From assembly GCA_964016885.1 (NCBI GenBank), contig OZ024745.1, forward strand, positions 41,478,001 to 41,542,000: 64,000 nucleotides of DNA. Reading direction: 5' to 3'. This DNA comes from Eledone cirrhosa. Taxonomy: Eukaryota. The position numbers were made by a program, and so were the translations under genes. The notes beneath the pieces are model-generated. The model was not told the origin of the DNA. It did not search any database and saw only the letters and a list, made by a program, of their open reading frames with translations. Of the stretch, positions 13,930-24,832 are shown piece by piece; position 1 is the first letter of the stretch; each line of letters opens with the position of its first letter.

Positions 13930-13932
13930 TAT

Positions 13933-14582
13933 ATATATATATATAAAGTTGTATTCCTGTCTCTTTGTTTGTTTGTTTGTTCACGAACTACTTCTATGGT
14001 TTGGAGATAGACCCCCCATAACCATATATATTCTGAAACTACATTGCCCAGAGTACTTGGATAGGTATATTTCATTTTAATCAAAGGGTTTCCCGGGGGC
14101 ACAAAACCCCGCTGAAATTTTTTCCCTTCGATTTGTATGAAATTTAAACCATAGATAAAAGACAAGATATGATTCCTATTCACAGAATTTCAGCAAATTT
14201 CAATAATATTAAGACACCCTAATGGGGGTTAAACCCCCATATTAGGGTTCCCCGGAGGCACAAACACCCGCTGAAAGTTTTTCCTTTCGATTTATATGAA
14301 ATTTAAACCATAGGTAAATGACAAGATATGATGCCTATTCACAAAAGTTTTGAATTTATATTTTGAAAAAAATTATTTACAAGAAACAAAATAAGAATAC
14401 GATTCATTTGATTTAATATATTACAAAAAATAATGTTTTCCAATTTTTCATGCATTACATTTTACATTGAGTAATATTGAAATGCAGGGTTTTTCTCCAT
14501 AAATTATATCACTGATTTAAAATCAATCATCATTTTCTTACAAAAAAAAATGTGTGCAGCAAGACGCGGGTAATTCGGCTAG
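13933..14582 (+). mobile_element. Non-autonomous Helitron with internal ~160-bp tandem duplication
   Basis: 5' tatatatataaagttg...(GTTT)n, duplicated block at 14085/14244, 3' end gacgcgggtaattcggCTAG. Confidence 0.6.
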
Positions 14583-16010
14583 TACATATATATATTCATA
14601 TATATATATATATATATATATAAATCTACGAAATCACATTACCACGAGGTGCGTTGCGCATTCATAGCATTGTAACATTGTGCCACACACCATTTTGCTC
14701 AAAGCTAACTGAAATGAATTCAGCAACAGAGTACACCACTCACAGACTCAGTGATGTAGTGGCAATATTGAACAAATTAATTAAGGTTATCAATAGAATT
14801 AATATGACTAGCAACAAATCGACCATCAAATCAATTAATGAAAAATATCCAAATTATTGATATATCCAACAAGTAAATTAAGGCCGCCAATAAAATTAAT
14901 ACAACTAACAACAAACAATCGATAATCGAATCAATTAATAAAAATATAAAAAGATATTGATATATATCCAAACCAGTACCAGTTTCACTAAATGACGAAC
15001 TACAAGTATCAGTTACGTAAATAAGTGTATATTCAAACACTCAGTGGCATCACAACCCGGAATCGGCATAAGGATCGTCGGTGGGCATTATCCTGTACCT
15101 AACACAGGGAAAAAATAAGACATTTTATTAGGCATTTGCCATAGTGACATTCACCAGCTCTGCTTTTGTGTGCATGCCACTAACCTTGAAAACAAGTAGA
15201 TGTATCTATGCTGTGTTGTCCAAAAGAGGCAGGAATTAATGGAAAAAATTAATTCGCGTTTTCAGAAATTTTACTCATAGTAAAATTACTACTTGGAGTA
15301 AACTATATTCATAAATTTAGGAAATCATATTGCCACGAGGAGCTTTGCAGATCCATGGCATTGTAACACCGTGCCACACACTATCTCACTCAATGCTGGT
15401 TGTTTCAACAGTCAGTCCGGAATTAGCTATTGAAACGACAAGAGCTCAGCCGTCGGGTTCTGAATCTTTATAATTCCCCATAAAAACTTGTCCTCTGTTA
15501 ATTATCTCACGTTTATATATATCTTCCCTTACTGCTATCCTCTTTCTCTCTCCCCCTTCTCTCTCTTACTTTCACTCACCCCCTCTGCTAGTCAACCTCT
15601 CTCGGCTAGCCCCTTCCTCGCACTTTCACTCATTCACTCTCTGCTACTCATCCTCTCTCTCACTTCCTCCATCGTCCCACACCCTACGTGATCCTTTTCC
15701 TCGCTCGTTCTTATGTTCGAAATGAATTATTGACTTGATTTTTCATTTTTTCCTCTCTTTACGTTGCCTCACCATTCGTGTTTGTTTGCATGTCTCTCTT
15801 TCTCCACCCAATCTTTTTATCCCAATAACTTATTTTAGTTATTGTATCGCCCTAGCTGGAAGTATATTGTCTGTAATGCGAAGAAATACCTATGATGGCT
15901 AGTAGACAACTGATGATGGATATTCCTAACTTCTATTTCTAATTCTCCATTTATTATAGTTAACTGCAACAACACAGCTCGCCTTTTTTATTTATATATA
16001 TATATATATA

Positions 16011-16460
16011 TAATTAGGGAAGTAGAAAATTGCTTATTGTGATCCAGTTCTTGGTTAAGAAAGCCAGTTTCATGGATGGTTTCAACGTACGGTTAGGGGT
16101 GACTCCACAAGTTTGTAAGAATTCCCTTTAATCTTGGAGTATAAAGTATAAAAGAGAAAACACAGGTAAGCATTAAGAGAAGGATTTTATCCAGGTATGT
16201 ACGACCGTTTCATTGGTAAGTGCAACCTTATATTGCTATACTGCAAATAGGAGCCACTCAATTATAATTGTTGTTCACAGTCAAAATTTTCATTAAAAAA
16301 ATTTAAAAAATTTGAAAATTTGGACTGTGAACAACAATTTTAATTGAGTGGCTGCTATTTGCAGTATAGCAATATAAGATTGCACTTACCAATGAAACGG
16401 TCGTAAATACCTGGATAAAATCCTCCTCTTAATGCTTACCTGTGTTTTCTCTTTCATACT
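16011..16460. mobile_element. Family D fold-back insertion in (TA)n with half hammerheads
   Basis: Imperfect palindrome ~16146-16460. Each arm carries GAAA-cggtcg-TA-(a/c)atacc but no CUGANGA. Tail 16011-16145. Confidence 0.7.
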
Positions 16461-16470
16461 ATATATATAT

Positions 16471-16811
16471 AAATAAAATTAGAATTGGTGCTCTGAAATA
16501 GCTATATATATATGAATGTATATATAGTGTATTTTGCAATACACTGTATGCTTCATTAAAACCATTTCGAAGACCGTATGCTATTATTTTAGAGTAGTGA
16601 CAGGCTCACTTACTTTAATGTTCACCAAACAGGGGAGATAAAGCTGACAAGGCCCTGTTTCGCATTTATTGATGCTTATCAAAGCTTTATCTCCCCTTTT
16701 TGTTGCAAATTAAAGTAAGTGAGTCTGTCACTACTCTAAAAGAATAGCATAAGGTCTTCGAAATGCTTTTAATTAAGCATACAGTGTATTACAAAATACA
16801 CTATATATACA

Positions 16812-16820
<9 letters not shown>
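16471..16820. mobile_element. Family E fold-back insertion; ~135-bp arms extend hammerhead stem I
   Basis: Arms ~16506-16645 and 16683-16820 with a complete HHR as the loop. Tail 16471-16505, (TA)n flanks. Confidence 0.85.
16642..16686 (-). ncRNA. Type I hammerhead ribozyme, U3-A8 core variant
   Basis: agct-TTGATAA-gcat(caataa)atgc-GAAA-cagggccttg-TC-agct, with a GUC cleavage triplet. Confidence 0.85.
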
Positions 16821-16858
<38 letters not shown>

Positions 16859-16864
<6 letters not shown>

Positions 16865-17198
16865 GTGAGGTTTTTTTTACAAAATGAAAAATAACCGAGG
16901 TGTCCTACACGAGTGGAAATATAAAGAAAAAGGGATGAAATCGAAAATGCAACTGAAGTCTTATTTTTTTTTTAAATATATATATTTATTTGGTTCCTTT
17001 ACCGGTTTCGCAGTTCTTCTGCTTTTCAAAAGGTGAGTTGAGATGGAGGGTCTGTGGTTTAAAAACCACAGACCCTCCATCTCAACTCACCCTTTGAAAA
17101 GCAGAAGAACTGCGAAACCGGTAAAGGAACCAAATAAATATATATATTTTTTTTAAAAATAAGACTTCAGTTGCATTTTCGATTTCATCCCTTTTTCT
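16859..17198. mobile_element. Family A palindromic insertion with two divergent hammerheads
   Basis: Palindrome ~16920-17198 centred on ggtttaaaaacc. HHRs at 16996-17033 (minus) and 17090-17127 (plus). Tail 16859-16920. Confidence 0.85.
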
Positions 17199-17271
17199 TT
17201 ATATATATATATATATATATAAGTGTATATGTGTGTGTATATGTATGTGTATGTATATGAGCATGTATATA

Positions 17272-17336
<65 letters not shown>

Positions 17337-17420
17337 ATATATATGTATATGTATATATATATATGTGTATATGTGTGTGTGTGTATGTGTATATATATGT
17401 ATATATATGTATATATATAA

Positions 17421-17460
<40 letters not shown>

Positions 17461-18153
17461 ATGTGTATATATATGTATATATATATATGTATAAATATAT
17501 ATATATATATATATATATTATTTTTATATTCTTTTAATTTCCCCTCATCTTTAACAGCACTTTTCAACTGCATCTAACTCTTATTTATCATATCTATATG
17601 TATTAGTATAATTTTATCAATATAAATATACCCATCAATTAAATTAATTTATATTCTTTTCATAGATGTATTTTTTTCACTAACATTCTTATCTTAAAAC
17701 TTTAGTCACCTTAGATATTTGTATTGGCATTACTACTTTATAACAGCAACTGCTTGTATACCTTTTACTGACCATCTGACCTATTTTCACCCCTAAAATA
17801 AGCTTCAATTACTACTACTTTACCATTTGGCCAATTATTAACTTTCTATTGGTTAATTCTAAACCTCTTACCAAACAGACAGAATATATTAGATCTTTGT
17901 TGGTTTTATTCAATGAAAAAATAAAATTATTTCTGAGGTCAGCATGAGACCTATTTCTTCCCTAAAATAATCCTTCATTCATAATATTCTTTTCCATCCA
18001 AAACTGAAATCTACCTTCCTCTACCCATAATTTAAGGTTCTTCTACTACTATATTACTATCCTGACCCTCACTATCTCTCTATTGGTCAATTCAAAACCT
18101 GTTCCCAAACAGACCTATTGTATTGAATCTTTGTTTTTTTCAATAAACAAATA

Positions 18154-18295
18154 TCATTATTTCTGAAGACAGCATATATATGTGTAGGTATGTATATTCC
18201 CTCTGATAGTTTGTATAAATATTGTACATAGATCTATAGAATATGCATACCAACTCTAACACATATATATCCTAGAAACGATCGTAAAATGATGA
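18154..18295 (+). ncRNA. Type I hammerhead ribozyme with ~105-nt extended stem II
   Basis: tcattattt-CTGAAGA-[long imperfect hairpin: atatatatgtgt/acacatatatat and ggtatgtatattc/gaatatgcatacc]-GAAA-cgatcg-TA-aaatgatga. Stem I is 9 bp and stem III is palindromic. Confidence 0.75.
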
Positions 18296-18507
18296 ATTTT
18301 TTTAATATAAGGAACTGTTTCTTTGTTTATTCATTATTTTATTAATTTATCTTGACTCTGTTTTCCGTTTATTTTTCACCGAAAGTAGTTTTTGAATGCA
18401 TCTTCTCTTTTCATGATATCCGGATTACATTGAGTTCTTCATACGGATTGGACACTACCGTAAACTTTTGGTAGATTTATCTACATACTATATATATATA
18501 TATATAT

Positions 18508-19203
18508 TAGAAAGTGAGGTTTTTTTACAAAATGAAAAATAACCGAGGTGTCCTACACGAGTGAAAGTATAAAGAAAAAAAGATGAAATCGAAAATGCAA
18601 CTGGAGTCTTATTTTAAAAAAATATATATATTTATTTCGTTCCTTTACCGGTTTCGCAGTTCTGCTTTTCAAAAGTAGAGTTGAGATGGAGGGTCTGTGG
18701 TTTTTTTCACATCTGGTTGGTCTCTGAATGTTACTTGTTTTATATGGAAAAAGTGGCTCGAAATGCCAGGTTTTTCGAGAAGTAATTTGATTGGTTGGTC
18801 AATAATTATAATAAATTTCGCGCCAGTTCGCGTTACAAAGTTCTTCAATCAAAGGGGGGGGGTGTCATAGGTTGTTTTTTCATATATGAGTGTTTCAATT
18901 TATTTTTACTTAAAAAAAAGGGGGCTCACGAAGGCTTTTTTTTTAATAAACGTAATTTGATTGGTTATAAATGAAATTATGGTTGTCACGTGAACAAGTT
19001 TTCATTAAATTTTCGCGCCCTTATTTGGAAATCCATTCTGTAGCATTTTTAGAGAAGTTTATGACAAGTAAAAGATAATGGTCAAGAGAAATTGGATGGG
19101 AGAATTGTTCTGGTTCAGTGAATATGGTTAGTTCGCTGGGGTGTCAGAATTCAGATTTTCTATTGAATAAAGAAAGTAAAGATATGTATGTTTATTTGTG
19201 TGC

Positions 19204-19237
<34 letters not shown>

Positions 19238-19995
19238 TTCTTTTTACTTAAAAAAGGGGCTCACGAAGGCTTTTTTTTTATAAAACCAATCAAATTACGT
19301 TTATTTAAAAAAAGCCTTCGTGAGCCCCTTTTTTTAAGTAAAAAGAAATTCAAACACACACACACACACAAGCACACAAATAAACATACATATCTTTACT
19401 TTCTTTATTCAATAGAAAATCTGAATTCTGACACCCCAGCGAACTAACCATATTCACTGAACCAGAACAATTCTCCCATCCAATTTCTCTTGACCATTAT
19501 CTTTTACTTGTCATAAAATTCTCTAAAAAGGCTACAGAATGGATTTCCAAATAAGGGCGCGAAAATTTAATGAAAACTTGTTCACGTGACAACCATAATT
19601 TCATTTATAACCAATCAAATTATGCTTATTAAAAAAAAAGCCTTCGTGAGCCCCCTTTTTTTAAGTAAAAATAAATTGAAACACTCATATATGAAAAAAC
19701 AACCTGATACCCCCTCCCCCTTGTTTGAAGAACTTTGTAACGCGAACTGGCGCGAAATTTATTATAATTATTGACCAACCAATCAAATTACTTCTCGAAA
19801 AACCTGGCATTTCGAGCCACTTTTTCCATATAAAACAAGTAACATTCAGAGACCAACCAGATGTGAAAAAAACCACAAACCCTCCATCTCAACTCTACTT
19901 TTGAAAAGCAGAAGAACTGCGAAACCGGTAAAGGAACCAAATAAATATATATATTTTTTTAAAAATAAGACTCCAGTTGCATTTTCGATTTCATC

Positions 19996-19999
<4 letters not shown>
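18508..19999. mobile_element. Family A ~1.4-kb palindromic insertion with two divergent hammerheads
   Basis: Near-identical arms ~18570-19278 and 19306-19999. HHRs at 18642-18675 (minus) and 19898-19934 (plus). Same tail as 5702 and 16859, (TA)n flanks. Confidence 0.85.
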
Positions 20000-20057
<58 letters not shown>

Positions 20058-20184
20058 CAGTTCACTCAGCTGTAGAAATGATTTTACCCAGCTATGGGTT
20101 AAATAGCCTGACCGAAGCCAGAAACATAAAACGGTGAATGTCAATCAGGGAGGGGTTCTTCCGGTAGGAGTGAAAAGGCCCTGG

Positions 20185-20240
<56 letters not shown>

Positions 20241-20244
<4 letters not shown>

Positions 20245-20675
20245 AAAGAATAGAGGTGTAACACACAAGTTATTATATATTGGTAAACGGAATAGAAAAT
20301 GCTGACAAATTGTTCACAGTTGAAAAATGGTTTAATTAGGAATAAAAGAGTATTAGTGATTGTATGGGTTAGTATTCAGTTGTGGTTTTAAGTTTTTAAG
20401 TTTTTACCGGTTGCGCATTTCTAAATGCTTTTCAAAAATAATTTTGAGATAGAGTGTCCGTGCTGTTTGCTCTGATCTGAGCAAACAGCACGGACACTCT
20501 ATCTCAAAATTATTTTTGAAAAGCATTTAGAAATGCGCAACCGGTAAAAACTTAAAAACTTAAAACCACAACTGAATACTAACCCATACAATCACTAATA
20601 CTCTTTTATTCCTAATTAAACCATTTTTCAACTGTGAACAATTTGTTAGCATTTTCTATTCCGTTTACCAATATA
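20241..20675. mobile_element. Family F palindromic insertion with two hammerheads (UUGAAAA / GCAA variant)
   Basis: Palindrome ~20273-20675 centred at ~20475. ttt-TTGAAAA-gcattt(ag)aaatgc-GCAA-ccgg-TA-aaa at 20513-20549 (plus) and 20402-20438 (minus). Tail 20241-20272. Confidence 0.8.
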
Positions 20676-21689
20676 TATATATATATATATATGTGTGAAG
20701 GTGTGTGTGTGCGTCTGCGTAAATAGAGAGAGGGAAGTAGGTAGCAGAGACAAAGAAGAAGAGCTAGATGGACAGTAAGACAGGCAGCATAAACGTAGCA
20801 TTGTCTTAAGCAACTTAATGCACTTGCCAAAGTTTTTTTAACATTGCAGCCATATAAAATACGATTATTATCTCACAGAAATATGAGCCAATTCATATTT
20901 GAATATGTGTTGGGGGGGGGGGGGGGGTTGTGTGCGTGCGTGTGTGTGTTTGCGCGAGTGTGTGTGTGTATGTGTGTGTAGCTGATACATAGCATGAACA
21001 TTAAATAATGTAGTATATGCCAAGGAAGTGTATATATTTAAACCGTAGTATGTGAACATTTGTATCGAATGGAAGTTTGTAGACTTACCCTACGTTTTTG
21101 GCAACATGATGCATATATCAACTAGGTTTATTGAACAGTATGTCCATATTTGTATTCTTTAAATAACATAAACACTGGAACATAGATCCCCTACCCCATT
21201 ATATATATGCATAAAAATACATATATGCTTACATACATACATATTATCTGCTGTAACATGATTTCACGCTTGTGTGTGATCAGGTAATTGAACAGATCGC
21301 TGTGTGTGTCTGTGTGTGTGTGTGTGTGTGTGTTTCATATTTAAGACATAACTATTTTGTAGTATGTTGTATTGTATTACGGGTTTTTCACATTTCCTTA
21401 ATACCTCATTGTGTTTAGCTTGGAACTATAGCGATCCTAAATCTATATGTCTTCTGAAAGTTAAACATTTCACATCCTTATCTTCAGAAATAAAAGGTGG
21501 ATAGCAAAGGTGTGCTGTTCGCGTGTTTTGTATTTGTCGCAAAGGATCGTGGGAATACTGGTTTAAATATCTAACGGTTTAAATATCTATTAATGAAATC
21601 ATTAAGGTCAAATACTGGTCAAACCATGTTCGATAGATAATAGATAGACATACATACAGACAGACAGTCATAATTACAAATAGACAGAC

Positions 21690-21750
<61 letters not shown>

Positions 21751-21751
<1 letters not shown>

Positions 21752-22589
21752 ATTTCTTTATTAGCCACAAGGGCACAAAAGAAGGGGACAAATACAAATG
21801 GGGAGTTTACATACAGGTATATGAAAATAAAACTATTAATACAATAACAAATAACAATTGAAATCCCCAATAGGGGGGAGGTGTTACACGGGGGTTGTAC
21901 ACACCCCGAAAAAATGTACAACCCACATCTCCAGGAGCATCAAGAGTGAGTACTCCCTTCCTCTCTTCCTCTTTTTCCTCAACCTACAGGCTTATATAGA
22001 GAGAAGGCCCAACCACTCGCGCCATCTTTGCCACATTCACCCACCTTTTATAAAATTATCTGATTCTTCTTCTAAAATGATATTTGAAAAAACGAATCAG
22101 TTGCTCGCCGGAGAGGACGGTGTCTGACATCAGCTCTTTTAACCTCGTCCACCATATAACCTCTTTCACCATAGCCATAACACATAGGAAAACAGCCTCT
22201 CCCTCGTTTTTGAAGGAGGGTGGCGGTTTGATCTTGACAATGGACTCGGTGGTCAACTGGATTGGTCCCACTCGTGACAATAGTCGTTCTACATAGCCCC
22301 ACAGGTCAGTAACGCCCGGGCAGTGTACAAATGCGTGTGTGACGGTTTCCTCGTCGCGCACGCATCTCGGACAGATCTTTTTCGAAGGGTCCTTATCCGG
22401 GCGCCCGTGTCTGTAGAGCTTGTCTCGAACTGATAGAGCTCCTCGGTAGCACTGCCAAGCCAGGGACTTTTGGTAGTTGACCATTGGTCCCGGGCGGAAG
22501 GTCCTACCGAACAGACTGGCCAGTTCGTCCTCCTCTACGCCTAGAGTTTCTCCGAGCGTGTCGTCGCATTTGCTGCGGACCAACCCTCT

Positions 22590-22594
<5 letters not shown>
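21751..22594 (-). mobile_element. 5'-truncated Tx1-clade LINE (ORF2 C-terminus + 3' UTR) in (GATA)n
   Basis: ORF 22056-22583 has the zf-RVT-type motif CPRC..DEETVTHAFVHC. The 3' end ttgtggctaataaagaaat is followed by (ATCT)n. Confidence 0.9.
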
Positions 22595-22627
<33 letters not shown>

Positions 22628-23257
22628 TTCTTTATTAGCCACAAGGGCGCAACAAGAAAGGGGACAATACAAAGACATGCCGGGGATTTTACATACAGTC
22701 GTGTAAAAAAATATAAAAACAAACAATTTCAACAATCGAAATCCCCAATAGGGGGGAGACGCCACAAATGGGTTGTTTAATACCCCGTCGATAGAACAAC
22801 CCTCAACTCGAGGAGCGTGTTGTGCAAGTGCTCCTTTCTTCCTTTTGCTCTCTTCCTCAACCTACAGGCTTATAAACAGAGAAGGCCCAATCACTCGGGC
22901 CATTTTCGCTTCATTCACCCACCTTTCAGTAAATTTACTGGGGTGCAGTGCCTCTCTCTCCACCCTGATTCTCCTTCTAAAGTGATACTTAAAGAATGGA
23001 ATCAATTGTTGTCCGGAGAGAAAGGCATCTGTCCTCAGTCCTCTCAACCTCGTCCACCATATAACTTCTTTCACCATAGCCACCGTACAGAGGAAAACCG
23101 CTTCTCTTTCGTTTTTGAAAGAGTCTGGCGGTTTGATCCTTACTATGGACTTGGCAGTCAACTGTATTTGTCCCATACGCGACAGCAGTTGTTCTGCATA
23201 GTTCCACAGGTCGCTTACGCCCGAGCAGTGTACAATTGCGTGCAGAACTGTTTCAAT
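22628..23257 (-). mobile_element. Second 5'-truncated Tx1-clade LINE in (GATA)n
   Basis: ETVLHAIVHCSGVSDLW...FKYHFRRRIRVER, homologous to 24833-25456. Same 3' terminus, (GATA)n on both sides. Confidence 0.9.
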
Positions 23258-23301
23258 TAGATAGATAGATAGATAGATAGATAGATATGTTTCTTTATTT
23301 T

Positions 23302-23341
<40 letters not shown>

Positions 23342-23395
23342 CATGCATACATTGTTGGACACCGTCGTTTTTCAATGTTTCTGTTGTCGCTTATG

Positions 23396-23590
23396 CCGAC
23401 CTACCAATTCTACCCGTCGGACGGGGAGATCTCCCACCCACTTTGGGTTGGGTGAGAGATGTCCTCTCTTGTGAAAATGGGTATAGCTTACATTATGTAA
23501 AATCTCCCCACGTTGCCTCATTTCTTCGCGTTTTGGGGCACCTTTTTTCATAGTACTCACCGTTTACGTTTTCAGAGATTGGCAGGTCTG
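23396..23590. mobile_element. MITE with CAGACCTGCCAA-like TIRs
   Basis: Ends ccgacctaccaa / ttggcaggtctg, flanks cttatg/cttatt. Second copy at 58184-58354. Confidence 0.55.
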
Positions 23591-24832
23591 CTTATTTTAC
23601 CCCATTTCAACCTTACTTGGGATGGTGAAAGTGATGTGGATTGGTAATTTAGAGTAGATTGAAGACATCTTTCAGTAATATAGAAAATGACTTTTTCCAT
23701 TGGTCATCCCTGGTTATATACAACTTATGATGTAAACAAATAGTATACATTTTGTAGTTACACGAACAAATATTTTAGATCAACATATGTAGGTATTTAG
23801 TGGTACGTAAGGTCCTTTGTAATGACAAGGTACATTTGGTGGAACCCTATATTCTTGCTAACTATTACATAGCAGAATTGTATTAGCAGTAGCTAGAGAA
23901 TTCGGTCACTGCTTCATCGCAGAAGGATTTGTCAATAATAAGTTCTTAACACCTTACCTTTATCTCAGGTGTTTTAGCACCCTAAATCTCAACTTCCTTA
24001 CAAGCTTGTAAATGTCCTACTCCTCTTTAATTATACAATACCAATTTTCGAATGTGTTAAACATATTCAAGCGTTCAAATATGCTCATACTTTATTCAGT
24101 AAGTCCTTAGTTTCATTGGTTAAGTGTCATAAAGTTGCTACTGTGAAATCGCTTGTTAATAATACTCAGCACTGTGAGCCATAAATATCCAATAAATCCC
24201 ACCCTTTAAAGCATACTCTACCATCTTAAAACAAATGTGTTATATTGGATAACGTAGTTCAAAGTACGCTATATCTGAATAGAAAAGCATGGAGAGTTAC
24301 GGCCGGGATACATTTGATCATCAAAAGTCTGCTTGACTAGGGCTAATTTATATATTTATGACTAGAAAATTTGATACTGGTCATGCGAAGTATATTGTCA
24401 AATATAGTAGTTTCTTTCTGGAGGAGGTTTGAACTAAGGGTTAACACCCTCTTCTATTGACAGGAGAGACATAAAAAGACAGAGAAATGATGAGTGATGT
24501 TGAATGAAGAAAATTGTAGGAGAAAGCATTAAGTATATAACAAAATATATGTATATAAATAGATAGATAGATAACTTTCTTTTTATTTGCCACCAGGGCG
24601 TCAAAGAGTGGGACAAGTACAATGGGGGAGTTTACATAAAAAGGCGTCCTCAATAAGGAGGAGGCAATAACAAAATATAAAAATATAAGATATAAAATAT
24701 AACAAAAATAAATTGAATAACAAAATCCTCAATAGGGAGGAGGCGCTTTGGGGGGTCGCACACACCCCCGAAAAAGTGTGCAACCCTTCTCCTCAGGAGC
24801 ACAGAGCTCCCTTGATCTTTCATCTTTCTCAC

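Noticed and set aside
15908-15935. Isolated CTGATGA motifs (also ~12957)
   Set aside because: No stem II + GAAA + stem I partner found downstream.
16506-20675. A/G mismatches between palindrome arms as retro-copied A-to-I editing
   Set aside because: Too few sites and indistinguishable by eye from ordinary transitions.
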